NCBI RefSeq assembly: GCF_006345805.1
Contig: NC_042997.1
Location: 38,688,001-38,752,000 of the forward strand
Direction: 5' to 3'
DNA: 64,000 nt
DNA from: Octopus sinensis
Taxonomy: Eukaryota
Numbering within the stretch: position 1 is the stretch's first letter; each line of letters opens with the position of its first letter. The notes beneath the pieces were generated by a model. It was not told the origin of the DNA. It saw only the letters and a list, made by a program, of their open reading frames with translations, and did no database searches. This document shows, piece after piece, positions 25,973 through 39,030 of this stretch. Made by a program: the position numbers and the translations under genes.

Positions 25973-26210
25973 TGAGTGAGAGAGCAGTGCATGCCATCAA
26001 AGTGACACTGGGGTAAAATATACGAAGCCCAGTATACCCACCATGACTAACCGTCTGATGAGGGTACACCAGGCACATGGCCCTGCAGGTGGGGCCCGGT
26101 TAGAATTTTCTTCTGGTCGAGTAGCCCATCCCGCTCGAAAGGTCTCTGAATAAGGATTGATTAAGGATGTTGAACGAACCACCCTTGTTTCCAAAGGTGA
26201 ATTATTCAAA
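25973..26210. mobile_element. Repeat E, partial
   Basis: Matches the first ~240 bp of 28373-28930, with an internal deletion. Confidence 0.8.
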
Positions 26211-26236
26211 ATCTCATTATTATCATTATTATTATT

Positions 26237-26708
26237 CAGTAGTTTTATTTTTATAGCGTGCTTTCACTTCACTACCGAGCGCAGCTCTGTGTGCCTTGGG
26301 TATGTGCTGTGATTTGTTGTGATGCTCTGATGGTTATTGTATGGAAAGTGTTCTGCGTAGGATGTGTGCAGTGCCTAGTAGTGCAATTTTCTGTATGCTA
26401 TATGTGTTTGTAAGTCCTGATTTTTTTTGTTATCTATTTGTCTGAATATTTTTTTATCATGCCTAATGCACCTACTATGATAGGAATTGTTTCTGTTTTC
26501 AGATTCCACATTCTAGTTACCTCTATTTCCAGGTCTTTGTATTTTGAGAGTTTCTCCATTTCTTTTAGAGACACGTTGTCATCTGCCGGTATTGATACAT
26601 CAATTAGAAAGCATTTTTTTTCTTCATGATCTCTGACAACTATATCTGGTCTGTTGGCCTTAATTTCTCTATCTGTGTGTATCGGCATATCCCAGAGTAT
26701 GGTTGCTT
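26237..26708 (-). pseudogene. R4/Dong-like non-LTR 3' fragment (REL endonuclease plus 3' UTR) between (TAA)n tracts
   Basis: ORF 26434-26688: IHTDREIKANRPDIVVRDHEEKKCFLIDVSIPADDNVSLKEMEKLSKYKDLEIEVTRMW, continuing IQKIALLGTAHILRRTLSIQ*. PD..D..K nuclease motif present. Confidence 0.88.
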
Positions 26709-26709
26709 T

Positions 26710-26726
26710 ATTATTATAATTATTAA

Positions 26727-26788
<62 letters not shown>

Positions 26789-26816
26789 TATTATTATTAT
26801 ATCATCATCATCATTA

Positions 26817-26866
<50 letters not shown>

Positions 26867-26947
26867 TTATTATTATTATTATTATTATTATCATCATCAT
26901 CATTATTATTATTTTTATTATTATTATTATTATTATTATCATTATTA

Positions 26948-26978
<31 letters not shown>

Positions 26979-26983
26979 TATTG

Positions 26984-27015
<32 letters not shown>

Positions 27016-27026
27016 GCTGCTGCTGT

Positions 27027-27060
<34 letters not shown>
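26710..27060. repeat. (ATT)n/(GTT)n microsatellite
   Basis: Directly visible. Confidence 0.95.
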
Positions 27061-27392
27061 TTTGTTGTTGTTGTTAAGGTGTCAAGCAGACAGCACACTG
27101 AATAAAATGCCTAGCGGCATTTGACTTGCTCTGAATTCATATTCCACGGAGGTCGACGTTGCTCTTCGTCCTTTCGGAATAGTTGAAATAACTACCAGTT
27201 GAGTACTGCTGTCGATGATATCGATTAGCCCCCCCCTCCCCCTCAAATTTCAGGTCTTGTGCTTATAGAGAAAGGATTTTAAAAACTTTTTATGCAACGA
27301 GCGAACAGAATCATTACCGCACCGGACAAAATGTTTAAAGGAATTTCTTCCGATCTTGTGATTTGAGTCCAAATTCCACTCTGGTCGATTTT

Positions 27393-27930
27393 GACTACCC
27401 CTCTGATAAGGGTACACCAGGCACTTGCATCACAACCTTATGTGCGCCATAATGATTTAATATGAAGATAAACAATGCGCCCCAGCATGGCCACAGCTCA
27501 TGAGCTGAAACTGGAAAAATCGAAAAATCAAAACCTTGCAAGTGGGGCCTGGTTAAAATTTTCTTCAGGTCAAGTAGCCCATCCCGCTCAAAAGGTCCCT
27601 CGATAAGGGTTGTTTAAGAATGATGAACAAAACACCCATGTTTCCAATGAGGATTGTTTTTCCAAACCCCAAAGAATTCCTCTAAACTCATGGCTATGAT
27701 GCTCCCACACTACTTCTGCTCGGGAATTAGAGATGCACACATCGTCAGCCACTAAGGGACATGCTCAACTGGTTAAGGTCAAACAACTGACAAGCAAATC
27801 TGTGTTATTGAGCAGAATTTTTGCTGTACCCTGTCTTTTATACCAAGATAAAACAATGTACATGATAGCACTTCCAATCAGTTAAGATAAGATGCCATTA
27901 GAGCCACTGCCTGGTACTGCATCAGGACAT
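27393..27930. mobile_element. Repeat E, one end missing, small internal insert
   Basis: gactacccctctgataagggtacacc ... ctggtactgcatcaggacatt. Confidence 0.8.
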
Positions 27931-27938
27931 TATTATTG

Positions 27939-27992
<54 letters not shown>

Positions 27993-27994
<2 letters not shown>

Positions 27995-28332
27995 TGTTTG
28001 ACTTTTGCTTTATATTTGTACAAGTTGGCTCCAAGTCTCACCCAGAGACCTCAAGAGACAACAGGTTGGAAGTTCACGTTATTGTTATGCCTAGTGTGTC
28101 ATATATTTGGTTGTTTTTTTTGTGTTGTACTAGTGGATGTCTAAAAAATGAAAAATATAAATAAATAAAAAAAATAAATAAAAAATAAGAATTTTAAAAA
28201 AATGTTTATTTTAAACCGTGAGATTACATAGAATGTATTTTGCGTAGGATATGAGCAGTTCCCATGAGCACTATCTTTTGAATTTCTGCCATTTTTGGGT
28301 TTCCTGGTATCTGAGTTAGGTAGCTATCATTC
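27993..28332 (-). mobile_element. Short R4/Dong-like 3' end of a second subfamily
   Basis: Minus strand YLTQIPGNPKMAEIQKIVLMGTAHILRKIHSM*, then a 3' UTR ending caaacaaa(TAA)n. Confidence 0.8.
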
Positions 28333-28333
28333 C

Positions 28334-28372
<39 letters not shown>

Positions 28373-28373
<1 letters not shown>

Positions 28374-28930
28374 GAGTGAGTGAGCAGAGCATGCCATCAA
28401 AGTGACACTGGGGTAAAATATACGAAGCCCAGTATACCCATCATGACTACCCGTCTGATAAGGGTACACCAGGCACATGCATCACAACCATATGTGCGCG
28501 ACATGGTGATCTCATATCAAGATAAACAGCACATGACCTTGCAGGTGGAGCCCAGTTAGAATTTTCTTCAGATCGAGTAACCCATCCCGCTCAAAAGGTC
28601 CCTGAATAAGGGTTGTTTAAGGACGTTGAACGAAGCACCCATGTTTCCAGAGGTGAATTATTCAAACCCCAAAGAATCCTTCTCAACACATGGCTATGAT
28701 GCTCCCCCACTACTTCTGCTCGTGATCAGAGATGCACACATCGTCAGCCACTAAGGGACATGCTCAACTGGTTACGGTCAAACAACTGACAAGCAAATCT
28801 GTAGTATTGAGCAGAATATTTGCTGTAGCCCATCTTTTATACCAAGACAAAACAATGTACATGATAACACTTCCAATCAGTTAAGATCAGAAGCCATGAG
28901 AGCCACTGCCTGGTACTACATCAGGGCATT
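28373..28930. mobile_element. Repeat E, full length
   Basis: (ATT)n on both sides; homologous to 23021-23560. Confidence 0.88.
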
Positions 28931-28953
28931 TATTGTCATTATTATTATTATTA

Positions 28954-29035
<82 letters not shown>

Positions 29036-29448
29036 AGGCAGTGAGCTGGCAGAATCGTTATAGCACGCTGGACGAACTGCTTAGCGGTGTTTCGCCCGTC
29101 GCTACTTTCTGAGTTCACATTCTGCTGAGGTCGACTTTTAAGCACTGGGGTTGATGTAATTGAATTACCTCCTCCTCCCCCGACATTTCTGGCCTTGTGC
29201 TAAAATTTGAAGCCATTGTCGTTGTTGTTGTTGTTGCTGTTGTTGTTTTTGTTGTTACGAGAGTTTCTAAGTTCGCGCAGAGTCTTTTGCTTACCCTAGT
29301 ATTTATCTATAAATAAACACTTAACCCAAATATCTACGCGAGCTGTGCACACACAGCAGTAGAATATATTGGCATGTGTGAGAATCTGTAATGCAGGACG
29401 ATATTAGGCCTGCGTATCGTACTTGTGTGTGTGTGTTCGTGTGTGTGT

Positions 29449-29493
<45 letters not shown>

Positions 29494-30041
29494 GGCGTGT
29501 TCGTATCTTTATGGGTGAGAGTATGGAAGTGTAATATCCATTCAGAAGATAAATGCACACGCGTATTTAATTGTTACGTACACTGGCTTAAAGTACACAT
29601 GTACTGCTTATAAAAAGCAATCGCCATTGTCACATACAAGCACACGCACACACACTTACTTATACATCCCATCCTGACACTCTATTCACCACCGATTCAA
29701 CAAATACTCACCATCCAACTACCCCCCGCCCCACTCTGTCTCATCTATACTCACGGTGATGTTTACACAAATGTATGAATGAAATCCGTATTTGATTACG
29801 TGTGTACGTTATAGTGGATGTTTTTACGCCTATGAATGGAATACGACGAACAAGATTGTTTATGATATAAAGGGACAAATGACGAAAGAATTTATTTATT
29901 TCTCTGATTTTTATCTATTTCTATATCTATACCTATATCTATATCTATTTCTCTCTTCTCACGACCACACACACACGCACACACATACACACTCGCACAC
30001 ACATATATATACATACATCCATCCATACATACATATATACA

Positions 30042-30089
<48 letters not shown>

Positions 30090-30309
30090 TGTATGTACGT
30101 CCATGCGTGTGTATATACACATTTATGTGTGCGTGTGTGTATATATATACATATATATAAAACAGTACTGGGAGAATAAAGAACGGAACGAAGCGAACGA
30201 ATCGAATCGAACCCGACGCGAAGGCGCTGTCAAACAATAGTGTATATATATATATATATATACACGCACACACATACACATATATACATGCATATATGTG
30301 TGAGTGAGG

Positions 30310-30590
30310 GCATTCCCTTGGTTACGACGACGAATGTTCCATTTGATTCGATGAACAGAACGGACTGCTCCTGAAATTAACGTGCTGAGCACTCCACAGA
30401 CACTCCACATGTGACAAGGTTAACCCTTTGAAATACAGCAACAATTTCATCTTCATCCAACTGAGTGGACTCTAGCAACGTGAAATAAAGTGTCTGGCTC
30501 AAAATACACGCTGCACTGCCGCGTATCGAGCTCACGACCTTACGATCGTAAACCGTATACGCTACCCACTAAGCTGCACCCCTTCACATC
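30310..30590 (-). mobile_element. Diverged SINE with family D (CORE) head and family B tail
   Basis: gttacgacgacga...gaaattaacgtg (B tail) joined to ctgagtggactctagcaacgtgaaat (D core). Confidence 0.65.
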
Positions 30591-31320
30591 ATTAACTGAA
30601 AGCGAATCGATCGATCGATCGATCTAACTGATTTCAGATCCTGTTAGACTTTCACCAGAAAGTATATGGACCCCAACACTTGACTGGTACTTTATTTTAT
30701 TGATCTCGAAAAGAAGATAAGTAAAGTTGACTTCGGCGGTATTTGAACTCGGAACGTAATGACGGTGTACATACCGCAAAATATTTTGTCCGGTGAGGGC
30801 GTGGTTGTGATAAGAAGCTTGCTTCCCAATCACATACCTCCGGGTTCAATCCTACTGCGTGGCGCCTTGGGCAGGTGTCTTCTACTATAGCCTGGGGCCA
30901 ACTAAAGCCTTGTGAGTGGATTTGGTAGACATGGCTATGATACTCCCCCACTACTTCTTGTGATCAGAGATGCACAAATCGTCAACCACTAAGGGACATG
31001 ATCAACTGGTTAAGGTCAAACAACTGACAAGCAAGTCTGTCTTATATGAATGTGTGTATGTGTGTGTATATTTGTGTGTGTGTGTATCCATATATATGTA
31101 TGTGTGCGAGTGTCTTTGTATGTTTGTCTTTAACCCTCACACCGCTTGACAATGGGTGTTGGAGAGTTTACGTCCCCGTAAACTAGCGGTTCGGCAAAAG
31201 AGGCCGATAGAATAAGTACCAGGCTTTAAAGAAATAAAAGTACTGGGATTGATTTGTTCGACTATAAAATATTGTTGAAGGCGGTGCCCCAGCATGGCTG
31301 GAGTCTAATGACGGAAACAA

Positions 31321-31579
31321 CAATAATAAATGCCCCCTTTTAAAGCCTAGCCAGGCTCATGGGCCCGGTTTCCCGGTCTCAATGGCGTATGTGTTCCCCA
31401 GCTGGACGGGACGCCAGTCCATCGCAGCGTTACTCATTTTTGCCAGCTGAGTGGACTGGAGCAACGTGAAATGAAGTGTTTTGCTCAAGAACACAACTCG
31501 TGGACCGGTCCAGGAATCGAAACCACAATCTTTACGATCATGATGCTGACACCCTGACCACTAAGCCACGCGCCTCCAC
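31321..31579 (-). mobile_element. SINE family D (CORE + V-like) inserted in a SINE C tail, 14-bp TSD
   Basis: TSD aatgacggaaacaa at 31307-31320 and 31580-31593. Confidence 0.88.
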
Positions 31580-32016
31580 AATGACGGAAACAAGTAAACG
31601 ATAAATGATAAATGGTAAAGGTGTAACAGGAAATAAGAAGATAACTGCAACGATGAGTATAGCTATAAATGAAGCAGAGCCTGTATCTGGAAACGTACAG
31701 GTAAATATTCCAAACGTGAATATTTATAAATGTAACTACATATATATATATATATACATATACATATAAATCTGAATGGAAACGAATGGGTAACTGTATT
31801 TCTTTATAAATATATTTCTAAGAGTAATTGTAATTATATTTCATATCGTTGTAATTACAATTAAATTCTATATCTACATTTACGATTATCTTTATATTTA
31901 TTAACTGTTACTCTTACGTTTGGAAGTGTCTTTTCATTTGCATAGATTCTGTTCCAGTTAAATTTACATCCTCAGTTATATTTTCTATTACATTTGTCAT
32001 TGTACATTCATTTCTA

Positions 32017-32269
32017 TAGGGTTGGTGCATAATTATTGCTGCTTTTTTTCAACAAATTTTATTCAACAGAAACAATAGCGACAAGTAACAAAAACGTCTT
32101 TAAATGATTATTCCGGAGCATATTCACCATCTACTTCAATTACTGCTTCCCATTCGCCTCGCAGATGGTCATACCGTCATTTTAAGATGTATTTTTGTTA
32201 AATATTGTTATTGCTTTTGTTGAATAAATTTGTTGAAAAAAGCTGCAAGAATTATGCACCAACCCAATA
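32017..32269. mobile_element. Mariner MITE with ~50-bp TIRs
   Basis: tagggttggtgcataattattgctgctttttttcaacaaat / atttgttgaaaaaagctgcaagaattatgcaccaacccaata. The terminus resembles Hsmar1/MADE1-type TIRs. Confidence 0.85.
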
Positions 32270-32486
32270 TTAACTTTAGCAGCATTTAAAATTGTATTTA
32301 CATGTACATTCGTAATTATAAGTCAATTTACAAATCTAGTTACTGCATGTACTCTTACATTTTACAGTTACAGCTGCAGATTGTCTTTCACTTTGTTTTG
32401 TTTTTATTTTGTTTGTTGTTTGTTTGTTTTTTTACATTCGCAATCACTGTTAAACTTATATTTGCAGGAACATTTAGATTATAGGT

Positions 32487-33445
32487 TACAGAGCGTTTCA
32501 AAAGTCTATTTTATATTCTAAGAATTCTTATATCATGAACTACAAACGGTAGCATTATTGAACTGGTACCATTTTAAAGCTAAAAGTGTCAAGTTTTCTT
32601 ATGTAAATTAAATTTTAATCTAATTAATTTAGTTTAACTTAATTTTTTTTTTGGTTTTTTTTTCTCTTTTGAAATCTAATGATGTTACAAAACAAGAGAA
32701 GCCATTTTGTATGCTAGAGTACGCTAAAACAGAATCATAGACATGTATTCAACGAAAGTTTTGTACAACGTTTACCAAGCAGGTACCAGACAGACGTTCC
32801 ATTTTGAATTGGTATGCAAAATTTAAGGAGGAGGGGTGTTTGTGCCTGGCAAAGAGAACAGGACCTCCTGTGCAAAATTCATGGCGAATAGGTTTATGTG
32901 TCCTCCAACTGTTGAACAAATTTCAGCTCGTATGGTATGAACTGCAGCCGTCTCCTTAAGACGTGCCAAACAGTTGTTGAAGGGAGCTGAAGTTCTCGAC
33001 TGGCAATTGTGACTGATTTCTAGAGGCTGCGCTGGAAGGTTTACCGAACTTGTTCAACCGTTTCATCTGAAGTTGACGGGCATCCTGTTCTGTTTTACAA
33101 GCCACATAGCCCCTCCTCCTTAGATTTTGCATACCAATTCAAAATGGAACTTCTGTCAGGTGCCTGCTTGGTTAAACGTTGTACGAAATTTGCGTTGAAC
33201 ATGTATCCATGATTCAGAGTTTTAACGTATTTTAAGACGCAAAATTACTTCTCTTGTTTTGTGAATGACATTACTAGATCTGAAAAGATACAAAAAAAAA
33301 TTCAAATCTAATTTATTAAAATCAAATTAACAGAAGAAAACTTGACACTTTTAGTTTTTAAACGGTATCAGTTCAGTCATATTACTATTTGTAGTTCATG
33401 ATATGAGTTCTTAGAATGTGAGATAGACTTTTGAAACACCCTGTA
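32487..33445. mobile_element. Tc1/mariner fold-back element made of two left ends (DUF4817-like HTH in both arms)
   Basis: TA-cagagcgtttcaaaagtc / gacttttgaaacaccctg-TA; arms ~370 bp. Plus arm reads KQEKPFCMLEYAKTES*TCIQRKF...WYAKFKEEGCLC; minus arm continues to STSDETVEQVR..SRELQLPSTTVWHVLRRRL. Confidence 0.85.
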
Positions 33446-34094
33446 TTTTGACAGACATAGAGCATACAAACAGTTGTGGTCACAAATACATTTACGTATA
33501 TTTACATCAACGTTCAGCAATAAAACTTATAACTAGATGTAAATATATATATTTAGCTGTACATTAATAGTAAATGAATCTGTTCTTGTACATGGAACTA
33601 ACGATATAAATGTAACTAAATATAGCGGGCATATAACATTGGAACAGAACTGTTTGTGTAAGTATAAGCGTAACCGTATCCGTAAATACAAGTGTCAATT
33701 AAAACAAATTCTGGCGAAGCAACGTTGAATAAAATATATTTGTGTAAAGCTATATTTAGCACGTCCGAGTGTATTCGGACGTGAGAAAAACGATACGCTG
33801 CAGAAATAGACAGAGAGAAAATTCTCCTCCTAGACGATATGTGAGGCAACAGTGACTGGGAATGTGAGTAAACGTTAATGTAACTGCAAATGCAAAGCAA
33901 TTATATTGTGGAAGGGAGATTTGGACGCGATTCTTCTTTTATTTTTAGTACTTTACACGATACACTATATTTCTTTTTATTGGCAGGAAAGATGGTAAAA
34001 TATTTTTCTTGATTCGTTTGAACTAAACAGATATTATCCATTACCCCGATTATATCAAGGCATCAACATTGGCATTAATGAGTGTCATCTCAAA

Positions 34095-34530
34095 GTGGCG
34101 AACTGGCAGAATCGTTAGCATGCTGGGCGAAATGCTTAGCGGTATTTCGTCTGTTGTTACATTCTGAGTTCAAATTCGCCGAGGTCGACTTTGCCTTTCA
34201 TCCTTTCGGGATCGATGAAATAAGTACCAGTCGATGTAATCGACTACCCCCGCCTTCCCCCCAAAATTTGCAAGGTCTTGTGCCTAGAGTATAAAAAATT
34301 ATTGAATGTCATCTCAAGGCGGTGAGCTGGCAGAATCGTTTGCACGTCGGTCGAAATGCTTAGCGGTATTTCGCCCGTCGCTACGTTCTGAGTTCAAATT
34401 CCACCGAGGTCGACTTTGCCTTTCATCCTTTCGGGGGCTGATGAAATAAGTACCAGTAATACACTGGGGTCGATATAACCGACTTAACCCCTCCCTGCAA
34501 ATTTCAAGCCTTGTACCTAGAGTAGAAGAG
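34095..34530 (+). mobile_element. Two tandem SINE A-like copies
   Basis: Each is preceded by tgtcatctcaa; both carry the A head and core. Confidence 0.85.
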
Positions 34531-34658
34531 ATTATTAAATCTCATCTCACTCTCACAAATCTGTTGTCCATATTTCCAACAACAAATTCTTCATCAGCAG
34601 ATGGTTTTAGCGATAATAAGTCCGTACCACTTATAATACAGGTTACTAGATCATATTT

Positions 34659-35050
34659 GTGGAGGCGCAATGGCCCAGTGGTTAGGGCAGCGGACTCGCG
34701 GTCATAGGATCGCGGTTTCGATTCCCTGACCGGGCGTTGTGAGTGTTTATTGAGCGAAAACACCTAAAAAAGCTCCACGAGGCTCCGGCAGGGTATGGTG
34801 GTGATCCCTGCTGTACTCTTTCACCACAACTTTCTCTCACTCTTACTTCCTGTTTCTGTTGTACCTGTATTTCAAAGGGCCGGCCTTGTCACTCTCCGTG
34901 TCACGCTGAATATCCCCGAGAACTACGTTAAGGGTGCACGTGTCTGTGGAGTGCTCAGCCACTTACACGTTAATTTCACGAGCAGGCTGTTCCGTTGATT
35001 CGGATCAACCGGAACCCTCGTCGCCGTAACCGACGGAGTGCTTAAAGAAA
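34659..35050 (+). mobile_element. SINE family B, full length with 14-bp TSD
   Basis: TSD actagatcatattt at 34645-34658 and 35051-35064; A and B boxes in the head. Confidence 0.92.
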
Positions 35051-36269
35051 ACTAGATCATATTTACAGTTACACTTAACTAACCTGTTGAATCTTCCTTC
35101 TCAAATATCTCATATCTGTTAGCGTACACATGACTTTTGAGTAAAAGTACAATATTATGTTGTTGCTACCATGGTTAACGTCCCATCAGAGACAAGAATT
35201 TAATCAAAATGTGACCAACAGCGGTCCATGATTGGAGTTTAATCAATAAATATGCAATAGCCCCATATGTCCGAAATTCCAAAGTAAACAAAAGTAAAAC
35301 GAAAACACAGAGAAAAAGCAAGGAATATACCAGAGGTATATAAATGCTCATCAATAACTAATAATCTTAGACAGTGGCAGAGCAATTCAGTTGGGTTCTC
35401 GTCACTTATTGAAAGCTTTCACACCTCCAGAATGACACGAAAGGTGAATATAAGTACGTGAGTTGTGTGTTTTCGTAAGTCGATAAAACTGTCATGGTGT
35501 GATTGATTCAGTTTAGTACATTTTCAAATAAAGCACTGTTTTGCGGGGCAGGGATCAACAGTAAATGTAAATGTAACAGTTATTGCATCTGTAAACAAAC
35601 ACACACACGCGCACACACAAACACACGCACACATACACACATACATACATACATACATACATACATACATACATACATACATACATACATACATACATAA
35701 ATACATACATACATGAATATATACATGCATACATACATACATACATACATACATACATACATGTCATTATTCAGTTTTATTTCAAGATTTCTCGCCAGTA
35801 GAGGTGCCGGTTTCTATGTATGTATGTACGTATGTATGTATGTATGTACCCCTGTTTTCATGTATACGAGCAGAATTGTATGTTTTTATGTATGTATTTT
35901 ATGCATATAGTTGCATGTCTAGACATGCTCATATATATATATGTGTGTGTGTGTGTGTGTATACGTTTGTGCATCTGTGTCTGTCTCCTCAACATCGCTT
36001 GACAACCGATGCTGGTGTGTTTACGTCCCCGTAACAGCGGTTCGGCAAACGATTAAAGAGAAAAGAATATATACTTAAATGATAAACTGGAAAGTTTTAC
36101 AGATTTTTACATTTCCAGTGATGGCTTGGATCTGTATGTATGTATGTATGTCATTATTCAGTTTATTACAAGATTTCTTGCCAATAGAGAAAGAACCGTT
36201 TTCTAACCTAGATCCAAGGCTCCTTCATTGGAATTTCAACATCAACAACAGGGTCTCTCTCACTCTCGC

Positions 36270-36350
<81 letters not shown>

Positions 36351-36939
36351 CTGTCTATTTATCTATCTATCTCCAACCTTTTGCCATTCTTTTAACCTGC
36401 CTGTACACTTATCCTCATTCCTCTCCCCAAAGTCATCACGTGACTTTTCCTTTTCTTTTCAAGTGAGCCATTCTTTTAAATTAACCGTTCTACTAATCAG
36501 TCCAGTTTTTTCTCCATCTCTTAGTTTGTCTACATCTTGTATCTTGTTTCTCTCGACAACGAAAAGTACATTATCTTCCTCCCCTTCTCTCTCTCTCTCT
36601 CTTCCTCTCTTTCTCTTCCTATATATATATGATTTTAAGGTGGTAATAGTGGCTTTTAGCTTTTATTTCTTGCAGTGCGTGGTGAGCCGTAAAGCCAATC
36701 CCTTGTTATAATTATATATATAATTATAAAATAATTTGTAAAATTGATTTTACCCTTTTATTATATATAAATAATATTTGCACACACACACACACATATA
36801 CATACATACATATACATATATATATGACGGGCTGCTTTCAGTTTCCGTCTATTAAATCCACTCACAAGGCTTTGGTCGTCCGGAGGCTACAGTAGAAGAC
36901 ATTTGCCCAAAATGCCATATATATATTAACTGCAGCCCG

Positions 36940-37104
36940 GAGCAACGCCTTGAAGTGTTTTTGTTGAACAATTCGACTCCAGGACGTATTTTTAAGCCTA
37001 GTACTTATTCTATCAGTTACTTTGCTGAATCGCCATGTTACGGGGACGTAAACACACCAACACCGGTTTCAAGCGACGATGAGGGGGACAAACACAGATA
37101 CAAA

Positions 37105-37174
<70 letters not shown>

Positions 37175-37350
37175 TGTGTGTGGATATAAACGACAGGCTT
37201 CTTTCAGTTTCTGCCTGCCAAATCCACTCACAAGGTTTTGGTCGGCCCACGGCTATAGTGGAAGACACGTGCCTGAGGTGTGACGCAGTGGGACTGAACC
37301 TTGAATCACGTGGTTGAGAAGCAAGCTTCTTACCACACAGCCACGCCTGC
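36940..37350 (-). mobile_element. SINE family C
   Basis: Reverse complement of family C with internal (CA)n(TA)n. Confidence 0.85.
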
Positions 37351-37744
37351 GCGTATTTGTCTAACTTTTTTATTCGATGTGTTCGAAATTACCACTATCT
37401 TTCCTGTCAGCTGACTTCGCACAGCCCGTCTTACTTTTGTCGCTAACTTGACAGACATTTTGTATATACGAATATCTCTTTTTTGTTACTACCTTTGCCT
37501 ATTTGTCTTTCGTTATATATTTTTTATTTGTTCTACCCATAATTTGCCTTTATTTGCCGTTCGTTGTATAATACATGACTCAAACCAAACACAATAGCAA
37601 AACGTACTAATGCAAAACAGTACAGGCAAGTGTCTGTACTTCCCCAACACCAACACAAACAAGAACATACAATGCCGTACACACTTCAGCAACACGGCGC
37701 TGTAGTAAGTACTACAGTAAAAATGTACCTGAAACTATTAAATG

Positions 37745-38250
37745 TCTTTCTACTATAGGCACAAGGCCTGAAATTTGAGGGCGGGGACTAGTCGATAACA
37801 TCGATCCGAGTACTTGACTCGTACTTATTTTATCGATTCCGAAAGGATGAAAGTCAAAGTCGATGGAATCGGCGGAATTTGAACTCAGAACGTGGCGAAC
37901 GTACCGCTAAGCATTTCGTCCAGCGTGCTAACGATTCTGCCAGCTCGCAGCCTTCAAATGTCGAATAATAGGCCCCAATCATAGTGATTTCAAATTTTTG
38001 TACAAGGCCAGCAATTTCTAGCGAGTGGGTAAGTAGATTTATTTTATCGACCCCGAAAGGATGAAAGACACAAGTCGACCTCGGCGGAATTTGAACGCAG
38101 AACGTAAAGAGCCGGAAGAAATGCCACTAAGCCTTATGTCCGATTTTGCGAACGATTCAACCGATTCACGAGCAACAACAATAATAATCCATTCTACTAT
38201 AAGCACAAGGGTTTAAACTTTTGGGAAGGGGCTAAGTCGATTATATCGGT
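37745..38250 (-). mobile_element. Two diverged SINE A-like copies
   Basis: ggcggaatttgaactcagaacg and ctgccagctcg modules. Confidence 0.75.
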
Positions 38251-38970
38251 CTCAATGTTCAACTCGACAATATCAAACACGTATTCCTTCAACGCTTTCA
38301 GTTTTTAATTAACTCAATAATCGCTATAATCCGCAATTTTTTAACCCTCCCTACCTTGTACTTTTAAAAGCGCACACTACATATGCCACACCTGTATCTA
38401 CATCAATAACGCTACAATAATGCCCGCTCTTAAGTCTCAGTATTGTATCATCCCAAACTCTTGCTGCACGGCCCCAACATTATATACTGCGTGCTCTGCA
38501 AGACTTGTCGTGTTCTCTACCTTAATGAGATGGCCAGTTGCATGGGTATCATCTTCACTGCTTCTCAGACAAGCTGTAGCTTCTATTTCAACAAACCTTG
38601 TCACTCGGTGTCTAGCATGTCTTTCTTATACGATATCACACTTCGAGAAACAGAAATAGCAAAGAAAGAATACATATATATATATATATATAAGATATGC
38701 ATGTACGTACGTACGTACGTACGTACGTATGTATGTATGTATGTATGTGTGTGTATGTATAACATTATATACATAATTTGGGCCTTTTCCTACTATAGAT
38801 ATACTTGAAGATTCTCTTTCATTGCTTCTTAATTCCATCCTGCTTCTTAGAGAAACATTGAATGTTATGCCCAATGCATTTATAAAACAAGGGATCGAGT
38901 GGAAATTGGTAACTGGGGCAAAATAAGTAATTTCTTATTTCCTTTTTATTTTCTCCCTGTTTACTTCAAG

Positions 38971-39030
38971 CCATTACATTTCAAGTATTGTATCATCATT
39001 CTGTACAGTTGTATCATCTCTGGAACATAG
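38971..39030 (+). CDS. Candidate 60-nt exon
   Basis: Long pyrimidine tract ending ttacttcAAG and ATAG|GTAACT donor. Two open frames (ITFQVLYHHSVQLYHLWNI or HYISSIVSSFCTVVSSLEH). Confidence 0.25.
   Translation, partial: PLHFKYCIIILYSCIISGT

Noticed and set aside
28373-28930. Short resemblances of repeat E to U1 (gtagtggggga) and U6 (ggcccc..gcaagg), and an HDV-like cactaagggac
   Set aside because: Matches are about 10 nt and not collinear; no HDV pseudoknot could be built by eye.
34659-34740. tRNA-like sequence at SINE B, C and D heads
   Set aside because: A and B boxes are present, but there is no full cloverleaf and each runs into a SINE body; these are not tRNA genes.
38420-38808. Overlapping Cys-rich ORFs in unique sequence
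   Set aside because: No domain recognised and no consistent splice boundaries.
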